Shown piece by piece: positions 1 to 8,013 of a stretch of DNA of 32,000 nucleotides; position 1 is the first letter of the stretch, and each line of letters opens with the position of its first letter. Under the pieces are notes generated by a model. The model saw nothing but the letters and a program-made list of their open reading frames with translations. It was not told the DNA's origin and made no database searches. The position numbers and the translations under genes are program-made. This DNA comes from Granulosicoccaceae sp. 1_MG-2023 (GTDB taxonomy: Bacteria > Pseudomonadota > Gammaproteobacteria > Granulosicoccales > Granulosicoccaceae), in the NCBI GenBank assembly GCA_030546905.1, contig JAUOPI010000027.1:1677-33676 (forward strand), given 5' to 3'.

Positions 1-534
1 CCGATAAGCCCACGGTTCCTGATGCAACCCCGGCTGACGCCATAGCCCGACCGCAGCTTCCTGCGCCCGGCGCTCTACGCCGCGGTAGACCGGTGACTTG
101 CAGTACTTGCCATACACCACCGCCTGACCGGCGCTGACCAGCTGCAGGTTCAGGGAACGGCGCTGATCCTGCGGCGCATAGACCTCGGCGATGGTCCGGC
201 CGTAGCGGTCGGTCGACAGTGATTGAATCGCCACCCGTGCCGGTGTGATCTGACGCAGGTAGTCCCTGGAGGCCGTCCCCCACGGGCGCTGCGCCAGCTC
301 CGGCGCATCGATGCAGTTGAGTCTCACCCTGACAACCTCACCGCCGCATGAGACACGCATGGTGTCACCGTCATGGATGTTGATGACGTCGCAAACGGGG
401 TTGGTCTGAGTCTGCCCTTCGGGCGAAGTGCTTGTGATGGTGTCGGTGGAGGTCTGACAGCTGGATAACCAGGGGAGTGTGAGACCCACAATGGCCAGCG
501 TCCGGAACACACACCAGGCTTTTTGAGGGAACAT
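1..534 (-). CDS. Thermonuclease-family (staphylococcal-nuclease-like) lipoprotein, 3' end cut by the window edge
   Basis: Absent from the ORF track because it runs off the edge. The ATG is the complement of cat 532-534. I read all 178 triplets down to base 1 without a stop. Translation MFPQKAWCVFRTLAIVGLTLPWLSSCQTS... gives a signal peptide plus lipobox (LSSC). It continues DGDTMRV..VRLNCIDAPE..DRYGRTIAEVY..LQLVSAGQAVVY..EAAVGLW, the conserved SNase/thermonuclease motif series. Confidence 0.8.
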   Translation of the reverse strand, partial: MFPQKAWCVFRTLAIVGLTLPWLSSCQTSTDTITSTSPEGQTQTNPVCDVINIHDGDTMRVSCGGEVVRVRLNCIDAPELAQRPWGTASRDYLRQITPARVAIQSLSTDRYGRTIAEVYAPQDQRRSLNLQLVSAGQAVVYGKYCKSPVYRGVERRAQEAAVGLWRQPGLHQEPWAYR

Positions 535-866
535 CGCTTTGCCTGTTCTTGGCATTATTTTCCTTGCGAAATAGGTGAGAAGAGTGGCTCAGACCGCTAG
601 TCGGTCAGTAGTCGGGACAGTCATGAAAGAAAGCGTAGTTCAGGTCTCAGCTTCCGCCAGTGCCATGCTTGTGATGACGCTCGCAATTATTGTGTTTCGC
701 CGGCAGCGACCCTGGGTGTTCCGGTTTTTGATGGCTTCTTTCAGTTTGTTGTGACTGTCTCGGTTGTTTCTCGCTGTAGGTTCTTGTTTTCTATTGTCAG
801 TAAAGGTTGTGGTGTTGGCGGAAGATCACGCCGTGGCGGAGTCAAACAGCGACGAGGGAATTGTCT

Positions 867-1736
867 ATGGCAGCAAATTACCAAGACGAGCTAAAGGCGC
901 TCGACGAACTATTTCATAACGTTGGCAGGTTCCGATCAAGTGAGGATTTCCTGGCTTTGCTTGAATTTGTCAGGAAGTTCAGGAATATAGCGCCATACAA
1001 TGCCTTCCTGCTGCATGTCCAGAAACCCGGTAGCCAGTTCGTCGCCACGGCCGTCGACTGGAAGAGAAAATTTAACCGCTCCATCAAAGTCGGTGCCCGT
1101 CCGCTGATTACCCTGTTCCCGTTCGGCCCGGTGCGCTTTGTTTATGAGCTGGGCGATACTGAGGGCGAGGACTTCCCGGAGGAGTTGCTCAAGCCCTTTA
1201 AAACGGCCGGAACGCTTCCGGATGCGCTCTGGAGCCTGCTGATGACGAATCTGCCGCGTGAGTGTGTTTTCTACGCGGAAGCCGATCACGGTACCGGCAG
1301 TGCCGGGTTTATCAGAGGCGCTGACAGGGGGAAGTTTCAGCTTGTAAAAGACAAAAAGGTGCCGGTCTTGTACGAGCTGGTGGTGAATGGAAACCACTCA
1401 ACAGAGGAAAAATTCGCAACGATCGCCCATGAGCTCGGGCATCTGTATTGCGGCCACCTTGGCAGTCCTGACCCGTCATGGTGGACTGCCCGTACAGGAC
1501 TGCCGTTAAACGTGAAGGAGTTTGAGGCGGAAAGCGTGGCCTGGCTTGTGTGTGAGCGGGTCGGGGTTAAAAACCCCTCGGAACAGTATCTCCGGGATTA
1601 TTTAGGCAATAACGGGGAGATTCCACCGGTAAGTCTGGAAGCGATTTTCAAGGCGGCATTGCGGGTGGAAAGTATGACAAAACGAACACTGAGCATCCGT
1701 AAGCTGCCGGAAAAGAAATCCGGGCGGGCATCGTGA
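867..1736 (+). CDS. HExxH zinc metallopeptidase, ImmA/IrrE (peptidase M78)-like C-terminal domain, with an N-terminal domain possibly ArdC-N-like
   Basis: The track ORF is 807..1736. I prefer ATG 867 (GAGGGA 7 nt upstream); 807 is a TTG. HELGHLYCGH is followed about 30 aa later by EFEAESVAWLVCERVG, an HExxH plus downstream Glu helix as in ImmA/IrrE and the ArdC protease domain. The N-terminal APYNAFLL..VATAVDWKRKFNRSIKVGARPLITLFPF resembles the ArdC-N signature by eye only. Confidence 0.7.
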   Translation: MAANYQDELKALDELFHNVGRFRSSEDFLALLEFVRKFRNIAPYNAFLLHVQKPGSQFVATAVDWKRKFNRSIKVGARPLITLFPFGPVRFVYELGDTEGEDFPEELLKPFKTAGTLPDALWSLLMTNLPRECVFYAEADHGTGSAGFIRGADRGKFQLVKDKKVPVLYELVVNGNHSTEEKFATIAHELGHLYCGHLGSPDPSWWTARTGLPLNVKEFEAESVAWLVCERVGVKNPSEQYLRDYLGNNGEIPPVSLEAIFKAALRVESMTKRTLSIRKLPEKKSGRAS

Positions 1737-1737
1737 T

Positions 1738-2154
1738 ATGACGCGGCGTGTATTCGCCGGGGGAGGGGAATTTGTGATTAGCTTTCGTTATCTTCGGTAC
1801 GCCTGCATTGCCATCCTGCTCGGTTGTGTCTGTGCTGCCGTGACTATCCCCGGGCGTCCTGAGGTCAATGTCAGCGTGGTCGCCTTATCGATTGTCTTCG
1901 CCATTCCGTTTATGTCTCTGGTCGTCACACGCTTGCCGGTCTTCAAGCAGTTTTACCGGCAAGACCAGTCGGTGATTCATGATGGTCCGGGGAGCGCCGC
2001 TGACGCAAAAGCCGCGGGGCCCATGGCGGCGCTTGTCACCGGCGGGGTGATCGCACTGGTGCTGTTTTGCGCGGGCGCGCTCAATGTTATGGTGCCGGCG
2101 CTCAGTGGCGGTATTGCCGCTGGCTTTATGAGTTTTTACCACTGGCCGCATTAA
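1738..2154 (+). CDS. Small multi-pass membrane protein, unknown function
   Basis: The ATG lies 1 nt after the upstream TGA (TGAtATG). Hydrophobic segments are ACIAILLGCVCAAVTI, VVALSIVFAIPFMSLVV and ALVTGGVIALVLFCAGALNVMVPALSGGIAAGF. An alternative start is GTG 1774, behind a strong GGGGAGGGG. Confidence 0.6.
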   Translation: MTRRVFAGGGEFVISFRYLRYACIAILLGCVCAAVTIPGRPEVNVSVVALSIVFAIPFMSLVVTRLPVFKQFYRQDQSVIHDGPGSAADAKAAGPMAALVTGGVIALVLFCAGALNVMVPALSGGIAAGFMSFYHWPH

Positions 2155-2440
2155 GTCAGGGCGAATCCGGCCCTGTCATCCGCATCTCCCCGGCGCATAT
2201 TCTTGCCCGTCAACAGCGCCGCTCATCCCGCATTGCCTTGTCCGCCTGAGGGCCGGGGGGCCGGTCCCTTTCGCCTTTGCGCAGTCCGACACACCCGCCG
2301 TCCGGCAGCCTGCTATGATAGCGTTCGCCAAGTTGTTGGCAGTTCAGGATTTTTCGTTTTCGGCGGGGCGCCGCTGACCTACAATCTGCAGAACCATCAG
2401 ACAGCGGCCGTAGCGGGCCGCGGTTCATAGGCAAGAATTC

Positions 2441-3709
2441 ATGCAATCAGAACAAACTACACGTCCGGCGGCTTGCGAGCCGGTGAAACTCCTTATTGTG
2501 TCATCGGATACCTGGAAGCCATTCCGCGTTGATGTGACGGTCCTGTTTGGCGAGGAGATCGCCGGGCGCGGGCATCAGCTTGACTGGATTTTGCAGAGCG
2601 AGGACGCCTGCGATAAGGCCTTTGAGACGCAGTGGGGCGGCGGTACGGTCTGGGTCGGGCGCACCGATGTACGCGATTCGCTGTTAGCCCGGATCCGTAA
2701 GCACACGCTGGGGATTCTGCACGATCTGACCCTGTTCAAGCGTGTCCGGCAGGGTGACTATGATGCGGTTGAGGTGAAAGACAAGTTCATCTCCGGTATC
2801 TGGGCTGTGCTCGCCAAGAAGCTATACAAGGTCAGGTTTATCTACTGGCTGTCTTATCCCTTCCCGGAAGACTACCTCTACCGCGCCGGTGAGCCCGGCA
2901 CGCGCTGGCCTTTGCTGTACCGCATTCGCGGGCGGGTGTTTCATATTCTGCTGTACCGGTTTCTGCTGCCGAATGCCGATCATGTCTTTGTGCAGAGTGA
3001 GCAGATGAAAAAAGACGTCGCCGCGCAAGGCATAGATCCGGCGTGTATGACGGCCGTGCCCATGGGTATACGAGTCGAACCCGATGCACCGGCGCCGGCA
3101 CCGCGGGTCGAACGGCAGTTGATTCCGGCCGGTGAGAAGGTGATTTTGTATCTGGGCACGCTGCACAAGGTGCGCCGTATGGACTTCGTGATCCGCGTGC
3201 TGGCCCGGGTGCTGGAGCAGGAGCCCGGCGCGAAGCTGTATCTGATCGGCAAGGGCGTGGATGACTCTGACGAGCAGGTGCTGATCGACGAAGCAGCACG
3301 GCTCGGTGTGTCCGATTCCCTGGTGATGGTCGGCCAGCTGCCGCAGGCTGAAGCGCTGAAGTATGTGCGCGAAGCCGATGTCTGCGTCTCGCCGTTTTTC
3401 CCGACACCGATCCTCAATTCAACGTCGCCGACCAAGCTGGTTGAATACATGGCCATGAGTAAGGCGGTGGTGGCCAATGACCATCCCGAGCAGCGGCTGA
3501 TGATCGAGGAGAGCCGCGCCGGTTACTGTGTGCCTTATGAAGAGCAGGCTTTTGCCGATGCCATAGTGAAGATTCTGCGCGATCCGCAGGAGGCCGATGC
3601 CATGGGCTTGCGTGGTTATGATTACGTGGTGGCGCGCCGCAGCTACCGGGTGATTGCCGACGCCGTGGAAAAGCAGCTTTGCGAGATCGCCGGCAAGACG
3701 AAACACTGA
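2441..3709 (+). CDS. Glycosyltransferase family 4 (GT-B fold)
   Basis: A 422-aa ORF. The C-terminal half carries the GT4 pattern: LGTLHKVRRMDFVIRVLARV, KLYLIGKG, VMVGQLP, ADVCVSPF..PTKLVEYMAMSKAVVAND. Confidence 0.85.
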   Translation: MQSEQTTRPAACEPVKLLIVSSDTWKPFRVDVTVLFGEEIAGRGHQLDWILQSEDACDKAFETQWGGGTVWVGRTDVRDSLLARIRKHTLGILHDLTLFKRVRQGDYDAVEVKDKFISGIWAVLAKKLYKVRFIYWLSYPFPEDYLYRAGEPGTRWPLLYRIRGRVFHILLYRFLLPNADHVFVQSEQMKKDVAAQGIDPACMTAVPMGIRVEPDAPAPAPRVERQLIPAGEKVILYLGTLHKVRRMDFVIRVLARVLEQEPGAKLYLIGKGVDDSDEQVLIDEAARLGVSDSLVMVGQLPQAEALKYVREADVCVSPFFPTPILNSTSPTKLVEYMAMSKAVVANDHPEQRLMIEESRAGYCVPYEEQAFADAIVKILRDPQEADAMGLRGYDYVVARRSYRVIADAVEKQLCEIAGKTKH

Positions 3710-3729
3710 CACAGGACAGTGCCACTACA

Positions 3730-4842
3730 ATGACAAAACGCGTTTGTATAGTTAACCCCTTCCAGCACGGCGGCGGGGCGGAATACCAGATCAGTTGTCT
3801 TATCCGCCACCTGAGCAGTAGCGGTAAGTTCGAGATCTTTTATCTGGCCCGGCATATTGTCGAGGATATGCCAACCCCGGGTTATCGCGTCGTTAAAATC
3901 GGCAAGGGCAGCACGGTGCCGCGCTTCGGTTATATGGTCGATGCGGTGCCGCTTTACAAAGCGCTCAGCGAGCTCAAACCGGACGTGATCTACCAGCGTG
4001 TCGGTTGTGCCTATACCGGTATTGCCGCGTTTTACGCAAAAAAACACGATATCCCGATGTTCTGGCATGTCGCGCACGACACTGACGTAACACCGGGCAA
4101 TGCCTTCTACGGTCGCAATCCGCTGCGCCGGATGCTGGAAAAACGCGCGGTCGAATACGGTCTGCGTCACGCCAGCGGCATTATTACCCAGACCGCATCT
4201 CAGGCCGCTTTACTCAAAGCCAACTACGGCCGCGATTGTGATGCGACGATTGCCAATTTCCATCCGGCACCGCAGGAAGAAATTGACAAGTCTGGCCCGC
4301 TGACCGTGGTCTGGATTGCCAATCTCAAGCCCTGGAAACGCCCCGAAGCCTTTGTGCGCCTGGCGCAGGCGCTGGGCGATTTGCAGGACGTGCACTTTAC
4401 CATGGTCGGTGCACCGCCCGGAGGCGGTGGTGATGCGGCCTGGGGTGAGGCGCTGCTGGCCGATATCGAACGCACACCGAATCTGACCTACCGCGGCCAG
4501 CTCAGTCACGATGAGGTCAACGCCTTGCTGGTGCGCTCGCACCTGTTTGTTAACACCAGCGAGGCTGAAGGCTTTCCGAATACCTTTATTCAGTCCTGGA
4601 TGCGCGGCCTGCCGGTGGCCAGTCTGAGTGTTGATCCCGATGGCATTCTCGAACAGAAACAGATCGGTTTTTACGCCAATGGCGATGAAGACGCACTGGC
4701 CGTGGGTGTCCGCGGCTTGCTGACCGATGACGCCCGGCGCCGCGAATGTGCCGAACGGGCGCAAGCCCATGCCGCTGAATGCCATTCCATGAAAAATGCA
4801 GCCCGGATCGAGGCATTGCTGGTCTCGCAGGAGCACAACTGA
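3730..4842 (+). CDS. Glycosyltransferase family 4
   Basis: The track ORF is 3679..4842. ATG 3730 gives MTKRVCIVNPFQHGGGAEYQ, a typical GT4 N-terminus. LFVNTSEAEGFPNTFIQSWMRGLPVAS is the E-x7-E motif region. Confidence 0.85.
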   Translation: MTKRVCIVNPFQHGGGAEYQISCLIRHLSSSGKFEIFYLARHIVEDMPTPGYRVVKIGKGSTVPRFGYMVDAVPLYKALSELKPDVIYQRVGCAYTGIAAFYAKKHDIPMFWHVAHDTDVTPGNAFYGRNPLRRMLEKRAVEYGLRHASGIITQTASQAALLKANYGRDCDATIANFHPAPQEEIDKSGPLTVVWIANLKPWKRPEAFVRLAQALGDLQDVHFTMVGAPPGGGGDAAWGEALLADIERTPNLTYRGQLSHDEVNALLVRSHLFVNTSEAEGFPNTFIQSWMRGLPVASLSVDPDGILEQKQIGFYANGDEDALAVGVRGLLTDDARRRECAERAQAHAAECHSMKNAARIEALLVSQEHN

Positions 4843-5360
4843 TGTTCGCTAAAATTGCCGGTGATCTCAGAGCGCATCGTGAAGGCCTGTTGGCTCTGGG
4901 CTTTTGGGCCATGCTGGTGTACCGCTTCGGTAATGCGCGTTTTGTCGTGCGCAATAAGTGGATAAGACTACCCTGGACCCTGATTTATATCGTTCTCAAC
5001 AAGCTGGTCTCGGAAGTGATGTGCGGGATTGTGATCGGTTCCACGGCGAAGATCGGACAGCGTTTTCAGATCGAGCACCATGGTTGTATTGTGATCCACG
5101 GTGCATCCGTGATCGGGGATGATTGCATGATCCGCCACGGCGTTACGCTCGGCAATGGCGGTGCAGCGGACCCGCTTGGCGCGCCCACGCTTGGCAATCA
5201 TGTGGAAGTCGGGGCCGGGGCGAAAATCCTCGGCCGCGTGCATATCGGCGATAATGCGATCATCGGTGCCAATGCGGTGGTGGTCAAAGACGTGCCGGCC
5301 AATGCCGTGGTTGGCGGTATTCCCGCCAAACTCATCAAAATGCGCACACAGGCGTCCTGA
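4842..5360 (+). CDS. Hexapeptide-repeat O-acetyltransferase (CysE/WcaB-like serine acetyltransferase family)
   Basis: The track ORF is 4779..5360. ATG 4842 overlaps the upstream TGA (TGATG). The N-terminus MFAKIAGDLRAHREG..WAMLVYRFGN is followed by left-handed beta-helix repeats (VIHGASVIGDDCMIRHGVTLGN..VEVGAGAKILGRVHIGDNAIIGANAVVVKDVP). Confidence 0.85.
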   Translation: MFAKIAGDLRAHREGLLALGFWAMLVYRFGNARFVVRNKWIRLPWTLIYIVLNKLVSEVMCGIVIGSTAKIGQRFQIEHHGCIVIHGASVIGDDCMIRHGVTLGNGGAADPLGAPTLGNHVEVGAGAKILGRVHIGDNAIIGANAVVVKDVPANAVVGGIPAKLIKMRTQAS

Positions 5361-5373
5361 ACCGGACAGCAGC

Positions 5374-5643
5374 TCAGGCGGCTTGCCCGATCAGCGGCGC
5401 GCTGCCGAGCAGTGTCGGCAGTTCGAACTCCAGATAATCAGCCATTCCCGTCCAGTCACGTTTCTCCTGGCAGACCAGCAGCGCATGGATCAGACCTTGT
5501 AAAGCGGCCTGCTCAGCGGCGGGCGCCGTTTGCATAACCGCCTCAAGCAGATCCGGCAGTGCCAGGGTTGCGGCAACATGTTTGCCGCGGCGCAGTTCAG
5601 CGGCCATGCTGCCGGCCTGTTTGATCGTTTCTTCGCTGTTCAT
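5374..5643 (-). CDS. Hypothetical 89-aa acidic helical protein, translationally coupled to the Maf-like gene
   Basis: Its ATG overlaps the stop of the upstream gene (ATGA; + strand tcat 5640-5643). Third-position G/C-rich codon usage matches its neighbours. I recognise no motif. Confidence 0.6.
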   Translation of the reverse strand: MNSEETIKQAGSMAAELRRGKHVAATLALPDLLEAVMQTAPAAEQAALQGLIHALLVCQEKRDWTGMADYLEFELPTLLGSAPLIGQAA

Positions 5644-6932
5644 TCGCAGAAATCCGGATGTAACTGTGTGCCGCGGATGCGCGCCCCTTCGGCACTGCTG
5701 TTGTAAAAACGCACATTTGAGCGGGCTGCGATATAGCGCTCCAGCTCAATGCGGTAGTTGTTGAAGTTGGTGTCCGACGGAATCCGTTGGCCGTGGCCGT
5801 TCAGTGTCCAGGCGCCGGCACGGGCCACACTCGGGCCCAGCGCGCCGTCCTGCCAGCCGCTGTGCGTGCGGTTGCCGGGGTAGCCGAAATCAGCACCGGC
5901 CAGAATGACGTTTTCACACCCCATACGCACAGCCAGATCCACCGCCGGATGGATCACGCTGCCGCCGCTGTACAGACGCGCCAGCGGAGTTGCGCCGTTA
6001 AGTGCTTCATACATCGGGTGCGCTGAGACAGCGGCAAAACGCGGTCCCGGCCAGGCTTGTAGTGTTTCGGCAGGTACCAGCGGGAAATACACCAGCGGCA
6101 CGTCGCGCCAGTGATCGGTGTTCATATGCATGGGCCGGATCAGATAGTCGATGCTGACCACGTAGTCCGGTGTCAGGTCCGCGGCGGCCAATGCCTTCAG
6201 TGAGGTATCGACTGCAATCACCACTGTGTCCGGGTGCGCCGCTTGTCGTGCCTTAATCCGCGGCAGTGCCGCGCTCAGGCCGGGGCCGGCACCGGTGACA
6301 ATCGCGGTGGCACCGGGATGATCGCCGAACAAGGACGCGGCATCGCCGTCGGCCAGTACCAGCGGTTTGTTCTGTTGCAGCCGGGCACTGAACTGCGGAT
6401 TATCGCAGCTGAAGCGTTGTTCGGTGAAATCCCGGGTCAGCTCCGCCTCCAGCGCCTGAACCGTCGGCAGGGCCGCGTCTGAGGCCAGTTGCATTTCCGC
6501 CGGCAAGGTAAGAAACGGCTTATGCAAATCGCTTTCTTCGCTCAGCAGCGTCAGATCGGTGCGCGGATCGGCCAGCCAATCCTGTTGTTCGGTCACTTGC
6601 AAGGTGAGACTGAACAGGGCGGGGTTGAGGATGCGGACTTTCAAGGCATGCAGGCGTTTGTCTTCCAGCGCGGCGCGGGGCAGGTGACCGAGGCCGCTGC
6701 CATAGCAGTGCACCACCGGCTGACCACGCGCGTCACGGGCCAGCGCACGCGCTTCGCCCACCGCATCGTGGCGGCTGCCCAATTGCAGGCCGTTTACCGC
6801 CAGCGTATTACACAGGCCATCGACGACCGTCACCTGCAAGTCGCTGCTGTCACTGTTCTGTAGTCGCGTCAGTAATTCGGGCCAGCGCTCTGCCAGCACC
6901 TTACGGTTCGCGTCCCACACGGGGTTGTCCAT
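5640..6932 (-). CDS. DUF115 / MptE-like, motility-associated-factor (Maf) family glycosyltransferase
   Basis: The track ORF is 5640..7121. ATG 6932 is preceded by GGAAGGAG. Motifs: IVTGAGPGLSAALPRIK, VVIAVDTSLKALAAADLTPDYVVSIDY, SGGSVIHPAVDLAVRMGCENVILAGADFGY. Confidence 0.8.
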   Translation of the reverse strand: MDNPVWDANRKVLAERWPELLTRLQNSDSSDLQVTVVDGLCNTLAVNGLQLGSRHDAVGEARALARDARGQPVVHCYGSGLGHLPRAALEDKRLHALKVRILNPALFSLTLQVTEQQDWLADPRTDLTLLSEESDLHKPFLTLPAEMQLASDAALPTVQALEAELTRDFTEQRFSCDNPQFSARLQQNKPLVLADGDAASLFGDHPGATAIVTGAGPGLSAALPRIKARQAAHPDTVVIAVDTSLKALAAADLTPDYVVSIDYLIRPMHMNTDHWRDVPLVYFPLVPAETLQAWPGPRFAAVSAHPMYEALNGATPLARLYSGGSVIHPAVDLAVRMGCENVILAGADFGYPGNRTHSGWQDGALGPSVARAGAWTLNGHGQRIPSDTNFNNYRIELERYIAARSNVRFYNSSAEGARIRGTQLHPDFCE

Positions 6933-7134
6933 TTTCTGCTCCTTCCCGGGAAAAACAACCGGCACAGGCCGGGCGCACGGCCTTCCGGACCGTCTTTGCA
7001 AGGCTTTGTAGCAAAATGGATACCGCCCCGGCGCAGACAGGCCGGGCGGACAACTCAGGCGGCGGAGACTTCGACGGTGGTGTGGTTGATGGGCTAGTGG
7101 TCTGCCGACCGAAACCGCCATTGCCCTTTACTAG

Positions 7135-7308
7135 CTGGTTTTTTCGGACCGCGTCATCGTTCAGGAGCTTGCCGCATCCCTAAACCTGACAGCGAGCCAT
7201 AAGAAGGATCTTGTGAAGGCGCTGAAAAAAGATCGGGAAAGAGTCAGGGTGGTGATGGAGAAATACCCAAGCTACTTCCGGGAACGGATGAATGAGATCA
7301 TGGGCTAA
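7135..7308 (+). pseudogene. Short ORF or gene remnant whose stop codon lies inside the attC R'' core
   Basis: Below the length cut-off of the track. The frame is open from TAG 7132-7134 to TAA 7306-7308: LVFSDRVIVQELAASLNLTASHKKDLVKALKKDRERVRVVMEKYPSYFRERMNEIMG*. There is no early ATG. Candidate starts are only CTG 7135 or GTG 7213 (AAGAAGGA upstream). Confidence 0.25.
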
Positions 7309-7389
7309 CAATCACATGCACTCGGACAGCAAAAAGCGCCGCTCGTTCCTCGCTCTGCGTTTTGCTGCCGGTGATATAAAGCGTTAAAT
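7303..7389 (+). mobile_element. Integron attC-type recombination site (87 bp)
   Basis: The site is GGCTAAC (7303-7309) ... GTTAAAT (7383-7389). Hand-traced pairing: CAC 7319-21/GTG 7371-73, CGG 7323-25/CCG 7068-70 region (7368-7370), CAGCAAAA 7327-34/TTTTGCTG 7360-67. T7322 and A7326 are unpaired on the left arm. An unpaired spacer lies next to the cores and the central loop is variable. Confidence 0.7.
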
Positions 7390-7701
7390 GCCAGTGATCG
7401 CGAGATCCAGTGCTCCAACAATCTGCTCCCTGAAATGCGATAGGGAGCCAATTGGATTCTTCAGCTGTTTTTCAGGCACTGAAGAAATTTGAGGTGTCAG
7501 CAACAGCAGTTCCTGGTCAGCAAAGGTTATTTCTGGTGTGAGGCCTTGCATGGCTTGGCCGCCAAAAGCCGCGCGCTCAACCAATGGAATGACGATACGA
7601 GTTGCGAGATCTGTCAGAAGAGGGCTTTGAATATCCACTAAGTACGGGTAAATCGTCTTACTGGTTTTGCTCGGGTTTGGGTAAACGTCGAACTGAGCCA
7701 T
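7384..7701 (-). CDS. ccdB: CcdB toxin (gyrase poison family)
   Basis: The track ORF is 7384..7791. ATG 7701 gives MAQFDVYPNPSKTSKTIYPYLVDIQSPLLTDLATRIVIPL...ISSVPEK..GSLSHFREQIVGALDLAITGI, which is colinear with F-plasmid CcdB (QFKVY..LFVDVQS..RMVIPL..ASVP..LSH..GI). Confidence 0.9.
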   Translation of the reverse strand: MAQFDVYPNPSKTSKTIYPYLVDIQSPLLTDLATRIVIPLVERAAFGGQAMQGLTPEITFADQELLLLTPQISSVPEKQLKNPIGSLSHFREQIVGALDLAITGI

Positions 7702-7946
7702 CAAAACTCCCGAAATTCGTCCCCGAAACAGCCGTGTTGTTCGACGAACTCGTTGTAGCTTTTGATTGCTGTCCGGTTTTCCTCTACCCATTGGTCAGCT
7801 TTGCGCTTTGCTAACTCTTCTTTCAATGCCCGCTCAAGGGTCGCAGACAGGTTAATGTTCAGAGCGCGTGTCTTTTTCAGCAAATCGCTGTTAACCGACA
7901 AATTTGTGGCTTTTTTTGGTGCGGCTGTGTTGTATAGATCGGCCAT
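7701..7946 (-). CDS. ccdA: CcdA antitoxin
   Basis: The track ORF is 7701..8015. ATG 7946 is preceded by GGAGGC. The sequence MADLYNTAAPKKATNLSVNSDLLKKTRALNINLSATLERALKEEL..WVEENRTAIKSYNEFVEQHGCFGDEFREF matches the CcdA pattern. Its stop overlaps the ccdB ATG by 1 nt (TGATG). Confidence 0.9.
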   Translation of the reverse strand: MADLYNTAAPKKATNLSVNSDLLKKTRALNINLSATLERALKEELAKRKADQWVEENRTAIKSYNEFVEQHGCFGDEFREF

Positions 7947-7983
7947 TGTAGCCTCCGGTTGCGGTAACACACTTAGCAATAGC

Positions 7984-8007
7984 GTATGCGCATGGTCGTG
8001 CGCATAC
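7984..8007. promoter_or_regulatory. Probable ccdAB operator: perfect 9-bp inverted repeat within the promoter spacer
   Basis: GTATGCGCA (7984-7992), tggtcg, TGCGCATAC (7999-8007). On the minus strand it sits between TTGTAT (-35-like) and TACGCT (-10-like), 38 nt upstream of the ccdA ATG. Confidence 0.5.
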
Positions 8008-8013
8008 AAGTGC

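Noticed and set aside
623-754. A 43-codon ORF (MKESVVQVSASASAMLVMTLAIIVFRRQRPWVFRFLMASFSLL) in the nuc/peptidase intergenic region, superficially like a type I toxin (a single TM plus a basic tail). A tandem TAGTCGG repeat (603-619) lies just upstream.
   Set aside because: Only a weak GGGA lies upstream. I see no antisense RNA promoter or terminator and no recognisable family. The T/G-rich sequence alone can generate such hydrophobic ORFs.
7008-7028. A sigma-54-like element upstream of the Maf gene on the minus strand: CGGTATCCATTTTGCT, with GG and GC at the canonical 12-nt register.
   Set aside because: Only the GG/TTGC invariants and the spacing match, and the -24 flank (TGGCAC) is not conserved. 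I see no enhancer-binding-protein gene or upstream activator sites.
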